Assembly: GCA_965205865.1 (NCBI GenBank)
Contig: CBDBHR010000030.1
Span: forward strand, 515,031-579,030
Length of the DNA: 64,000 bases
Direction: 5' to 3'
Source of the DNA: a bacterium
Lineage (GTDB): Bacteria; SAR324; NAC60-12
Each line of letters starts with the position of its first letter. Position 1 is the stretch's first letter. The translations under genes were made by a program, and so were the position numbers. Below the pieces are notes generated by a model, which worked only from the letters and a program-made list of their open reading frames with translations, was not told where the DNA came from and ran no database searches. Shown here one piece after another: positions 60,027 to 64,000 of the stretch.

Positions 60027-60768
60027 TGCTCGGATTCAGGAATTAAGAGTACGCCGGACGACCGTGGAAATCGACGGCGACCGAGTCATAAAGAGACAGT
60101 CACCAGATCGTTCGCGTTTCGAGCGCGAACGCACTCAATTTGGAGCTTGCATCGCTTCCGAATGTGGCTTGTTCCATGTCCCCGAAATTCTTTCGTTCGA
60201 CGATTCTGCAGGGGAGAATATCGTACGTTTCATACCTGGCGCGGTCCCGCTCAGAAGTTATCTCATTAAGCGATCTGAGCCTGAGCTTTTGGAACGTGCC
60301 GGTCGTGCGCTCGCAGCCATTCATAACGCTGGCTCCGACTTCAGCGAATCCGATGTGTTTTGGCACGGCGACTACAGCTTGGGAAATCTGTTGTACTCAG
60401 AGAGCCACGATCGAATTACCATCGTCGACTGGAACAATGCGGATTGGGCGCTTGAGCCTCCAGAGCGCTCACGAGGATCCGCAGGGTTGGATCTGGGAAT
60501 TGCTCTGCTTTCTCTTTTCCATAGCAGAATCGCGTCTACCAAGCATATCCCCCAACCTGCACAGCTCGGCTCAATATTCCTGGAAGGCTATGCTAGAGAT
60601 CGAAGTTACCTTCAGGTCCAAGGAATCCGACCATTCATTTCGGAACTGTTCCGCCGCTGGAATCGATATTGGCTGGCTCAGTGTGGAATCATGAGAGCCC
60701 AGGCGTATGCTCCTTCTATGATTCGACTCCGTCTCTTTCTATCAAGAACCGAAATTCTGGGTAAGTAA
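60016..60768 (+). CDS. LPS-kinase-family protein (Kdo/WaaP-like protein-kinase fold).
   Basis: HGDYSLGNLL catalytic-loop motif (HGD..N) and downstream DWN metal-binding motif. Start overlaps wzx by 11 nt. Confidence 0.6.
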   Translation: MMLDARIQELRVRRTTVEIDGDRVIKRQSPDRSRFERERTQFGACIASECGLFHVPEILSFDDSAGENIVRFIPGAVPLRSYLIKRSEPELLERAGRALAAIHNAGSDFSESDVFWHGDYSLGNLLYSESHDRITIVDWNNADWALEPPERSRGSAGLDLGIALLSLFHSRIASTKHIPQPAQLGSIFLEGYARDRSYLQVQGIRPFISELFRRWNRYWLAQCGIMRAQAYAPSMIRLRLFLSRTEILGK

Positions 60769-60769
60769 G

Positions 60770-61510
60770 GTGAACGAGAGAAGTTACCGCAACTCCCATT
60801 TGTGCAAGGGCGCGGACTATCACGAAACCTACACATCAATGCCTCACCGGGCAATGCTCTGGAATCTGGAACGCAAACTGCTGCGACGACTCGTTCTGGA
60901 ACTATTCCCGACTTCTCCGCCACGATACCTTGATTTTGCATGCGGTACCGGACGGATTCTTGCGCATCTGACACCATTTACGAAAGATGCCGTCGGCGTA
61001 GATATTTCGTCTTCCATGCTCGCAATCGCAAGTCGTGAACTTCCACACGTCGAATTGATAGAAGCTGATCTCACCCGCGATGATCGATTTGGCAACCGAA
61101 AATTTGACCTTATTACTGCTTTTCGTTTTTTCCCCAACGCTGAACCAGCGCTGCGAATGGATGCGTTCAGAGTTCTGGTTCGACACTTAAGTTTCAAAGG
61201 GGTACTGATTTTCAATAACCACAAGAATAGCGGAAGCCTGGCTCGCCGTATAACAATAGCCCTAGGAAGAATCGACCCGGACAAGCGATCGGATTCCGAC
61301 CGGTTCATGTCTCGTCAAGAGGTTTTCGAACTTGCGGTACGGGCAGGCCTGCGAATTACCAACGAATACCCTTTGGGAGTACTTCCTTTTACGGACCGTC
61401 ACATGTTTAAACCCCCGGTTCTGCTAGAAGGTATTGAGTTGGTACTAAGCCAAGTGGGATTTGTCAAACCATTGGCTCAGAATCTGATCTACCTTTGCCG
61501 GCATGTTTGA
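60770..61510 (+). CDS. Class I SAM-dependent methyltransferase.
   Basis: Motif I LDFACGTGR; post-I acidic residue (VGVDIS); motif II region. Starts 2 nt after the kinase stop. Confidence 0.75.
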   Translation: MNERSYRNSHLCKGADYHETYTSMPHRAMLWNLERKLLRRLVLELFPTSPPRYLDFACGTGRILAHLTPFTKDAVGVDISSSMLAIASRELPHVELIEADLTRDDRFGNRKFDLITAFRFFPNAEPALRMDAFRVLVRHLSFKGVLIFNNHKNSGSLARRITIALGRIDPDKRSDSDRFMSRQEVFELAVRAGLRITNEYPLGVLPFTDRHMFKPPVLLEGIELVLSQVGFVKPLAQNLIYLCRHV

Positions 61511-61870
61511 CCGTGAGTTATTACCGATTTCTCGGGACCTCAACCATCCTTCGGAACTAGACGAATGAAAATGCACAAATTAAAAACCGCAGTTGTCATG
61601 GGACCACGGTTCAAGTTCCGAAAGAACTAGCAGAGCTTTTTGTAAATGCTGACTGATGAGCGAGTCTCTGATGCGCAACGAGCGATTACCGAGATGCTTC
61701 AAGTTCAAGATAACGAGCAACGATGGTCATTGATCATCCCCACAGTTGTACTTCAAGGGAATCTCCTGATTTCTACCAATTTCGGAGCTTTCAGAGTGAT
61801 CGGCTCAAGCCTCTTGCGGGTGGACATGGTTGCAACGAGCCCGTCTTTTCAAAACATGGCCGATCAATAG

Positions 61871-63004
61871 GTGAGGCATAAACACGTTCTCTTTCTGATC
61901 CCTTCCCTTCGTGGTGGCGGAGCCGAACGCGTCATAACGACGCTTCTCCGGCATCTGGATCGATCGAGTTTCAAATTGACACTCGCGCTTGTGGATGCGC
62001 GGGACGCAGTTTTCCTGAATGAAGTCCCCGCAGACGTTGAGTTCATCGACCTGCGTTGCCGAAGAGTGCGTGACGCACTGCCGAAAATAGTTGCAATGAT
62101 CTGGAAGCGGCGCCCAGACGTGGTTTTCTCGACGTTGGGTCATTTGAACTTGGCCCTGGCCCTGCTTCGGCCACTACTGCCGCGACATCCGCGCTATATT
62201 GCGCGGGAAACGAACATCGTCAGTCAGATTTTGGTTGCTCACGGAAACCCCTGGCTTTGGCGATGGATGTACCGGCACTTTTATGGCAATCATGATGCTG
62301 TCGTATGTCAATCGCAGGACATGCTGGATGATCTGGTTGAAAATTATGCGTTTCCCGAGGAGCGGGCTACCTTGATTTATAACCCGGTTGACTTTGAGCG
62401 CATACGGCAGTCGGTTGAGGAAACATGTCCCGACTATTTCTCCACGTTCAAAAGGCATTCGGATATCGTTCAATTGGTTGCGGCTGGTAGATTAGTCGAT
62501 CAAAAAGGATTTGACTTGCTCATTGATGCCATAACACTACTGCATGACGACCGTATTCGGTTGACTATTCTCGGTGTAGGGCCATTATGCACAAGCTTGG
62601 AACGACTTGCGCAAGCCAGGCGCGTAGCAGATCAAGTGCAGTTTGCTGGTTATCAGACAAACCCCTACGCTTGGTTTGCCCGAGCAGACGCCTTCGTCCT
62701 TTCCTCGCGCTATGAGGGCTTTCCTAATGTCGTGCTGGAGGCTTTGGCTTGTGGCACGCCGGTCATTGCCACCCCGGCGCCAGGTGGAACGCGTGAAATA
62801 CTGGATAGCATTCCGCAATGCATAGTGGCGGAAGAGATCAGTTCGAATTCGCTGGCGGATGCTATTAACGAGTGGCTGAAGAGTAGTCGGGACCGGGTTC
62901 CCGAATACGCGGTCGTACCCTATCGACTATCGACCATCATGCCTCGCTATACGCGACTTTTCACGGGAGAGGTAGAGCGTGAAGCTGGCAAGGATCGGAT
63001 ATGA
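61871..63004 (+). CDS. Glycosyltransferase family 4 (GT-B).
   Basis: EGFPNVVLEALACGTPVIAT E-x7-E motif region; N-terminal VLFLIPSLRGGGAERV. GTG start. Confidence 0.8.
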   Translation: MRHKHVLFLIPSLRGGGAERVITTLLRHLDRSSFKLTLALVDARDAVFLNEVPADVEFIDLRCRRVRDALPKIVAMIWKRRPDVVFSTLGHLNLALALLRPLLPRHPRYIARETNIVSQILVAHGNPWLWRWMYRHFYGNHDAVVCQSQDMLDDLVENYAFPEERATLIYNPVDFERIRQSVEETCPDYFSTFKRHSDIVQLVAAGRLVDQKGFDLLIDAITLLHDDRIRLTILGVGPLCTSLERLAQARRVADQVQFAGYQTNPYAWFARADAFVLSSRYEGFPNVVLEALACGTPVIATPAPGGTREILDSIPQCIVAEEISSNSLADAINEWLKSSRDRVPEYAVVPYRLSTIMPRYTRLFTGEVEREAGKDRI

Positions 63005-63132
63005 CCAGTGTCGGAACCAAGGAATGATTTTCGCTAAACTCCGACGACATAGCAAGTTGAATCGATTCAGAGAAATTCCACACCGGAGAGTGTTCAGGTT
63101 CACACACCTGTTAGAAAAGAGGGTTGAACGAA

Positions 63133-64000
63133 ATGGATAACAACACACTCATCAACACACAAGTGGTAATTCGTCATACCGGCACCGTGGCTTATCCTGC
63201 TTTTCCCTATAATCCGCCGCGCCGGTACCCGGAGTTCTCGACATTCGACGTGCAAGTCGACGAGACGAATCATATCTATGAAGCTGTGCGGAACGTACTA
63301 GCCGACCTGCAACTCGATCGGGACAACTTCGACCACCCTTTGTGGAATCCTCTAGGGAGTTTCATCAAGAGCGGTCAACGGGCCTTGATCAAGCCCAACT
63401 GGGTGCTCCATGCGAACAGACTGGACGGGTCGATAGAATCCCTTATAACCCACACCTCGCTGATCCGAACTATGATGGATTATCTTTTACTGGCGCTGAA
63501 TCAGGAGGGTACCATAGAAATCGCAGATGCGCCATTACAGGGTTGCGACTTCGCCGAACTCCTGCGTCGCAATCTGGTCATGGAACTGCTTGAGGAGTAC
63601 ATAACACGGTTTCCCGCGGTAACGTTTACCGTCCTAGATCTGCGCAAGACAATCATGAGCGGAAAGGAAAAATGGTTCGGAGGGTTTGAAAAACAGACGG
63701 CACAAAGTGGTGACCCACGTGGTTATGCGCTGGTCGATCTCGGACAAGCGAGCTTTCTCGCGGAGATACAGGACAAATTCCAGCGATTTCGTGTTACTGA
63801 GTACGATTATCGCCTAATGCTTGAGCATCATAACGAAGAGAAGCACGAATATCTGGTTGCCAACTCTATTCTTTCGGCCGACTTCATCGTCAACCTGCCG
63901 AAGCTGAAGTGTCACATGAAGGCGGGCATAACCGGCGCGCTGAAAAATCTCGTAGGAATCAATGGGCATAAGGAATATCTACCTCACCACACCAACGGCT
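63133..64000 (+). CDS. DUF362-domain protein, 3'-partial (runs off the window end).
   Basis: Open frame from ATG 63133 to the window end. ALIKPNW..HTSLIRTMMDYLL..GTIEIADAP..LPKLKCHMKAGITGALKNLVGI resembles DUF362 signatures. Not in the supplied ORF track, presumably because no stop lies within the window. Confidence 0.5.
   Translation, partial: MDNNTLINTQVVIRHTGTVAYPAFPYNPPRRYPEFSTFDVQVDETNHIYEAVRNVLADLQLDRDNFDHPLWNPLGSFIKSGQRALIKPNWVLHANRLDGSIESLITHTSLIRTMMDYLLLALNQEGTIEIADAPLQGCDFAELLRRNLVMELLEEYITRFPAVTFTVLDLRKTIMSGKEKWFGGFEKQTAQSGDPRGYALVDLGQASFLAEIQDKFQRFRVTEYDYRLMLEHHNEEKHEYLVANSILSADFIVNLPKLKCHMKAGITGALKNLVGINGHKEYLPHHTNG

Noticed and set aside
61646-61870. 74-aa ORF between the methyltransferase and GT4 genes.
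   Set aside because: No recognizable features and no clear RBS. Possibly a remnant or leader peptide, but unsupported.
63342-63593. Track ORF 63342..63593 (83 aa).
   Set aside because: It lies in a different frame inside the longer DUF362-like open frame starting at 63133 that runs to the window end, and has no motifs.

Overview
Chromosomal window from a Gram-negative bacterium, probably a gammaproteobacterium, with about 50% GC.

Most of the window is densely packed housekeeping genes on both strands. On the minus strand: rbsK-like ribokinase, mfd, frdABCD, lon, apt, fdx, cyaY, an isolated EF-G paralog, murI and smc. On the plus strand: ggt, frmA/adhC, ppk, rlmH, a LapA/LapB-like fusion, ltaE, lpxA, pheS, xseB, rne, selA, proA, adk and lepA. 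RNA genes are tRNA-Leu(CAG), tRNA-Phe(GAA) and RNase P RNA (rnpB).

The left edge carries a partial IS4/IS1380-superfamily transposase gene with an apparent frameshift.

The right third (about 47.1-64.0 kb) is accessory-like. It contains:
- a SprT-like gene preceded by 45-bp direct repeats, and an AT-rich non-coding block;
- a 312-bp nested tandem array built from a genome-wide G/C-rich palindromic element (CCCCTCCCC..GGGAGGGG) that also sits in-frame inside selA and rne and extends murI;
- an LTA-synthase/sulfatase-family membrane protein;
- a tightly coupled three-gene operon of unknown function (first gene TIGR04255-like) bracketed by perfect 19-bp inverted repeats;
- a polysaccharide locus: wecA-like gene, RfaH/NusG-like antiterminator, frameshifted wzz, wzy, wzx, LPS-kinase-like gene, SAM methyltransferase, GT4 glycosyltransferase, and a partial DUF362 gene at the window end.

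A roughly 200-bp block (wecA start, intergenic, fusA2 3' end) plus an rnpB-flank fragment is present twice (28.8-31.3 kb and 54.67-54.96 kb) at about 80% identity, each copy retaining complementary gene remnants.

The best candidate for a novel system is the inverted-repeat-bracketed three-gene operon at 51279-53280.
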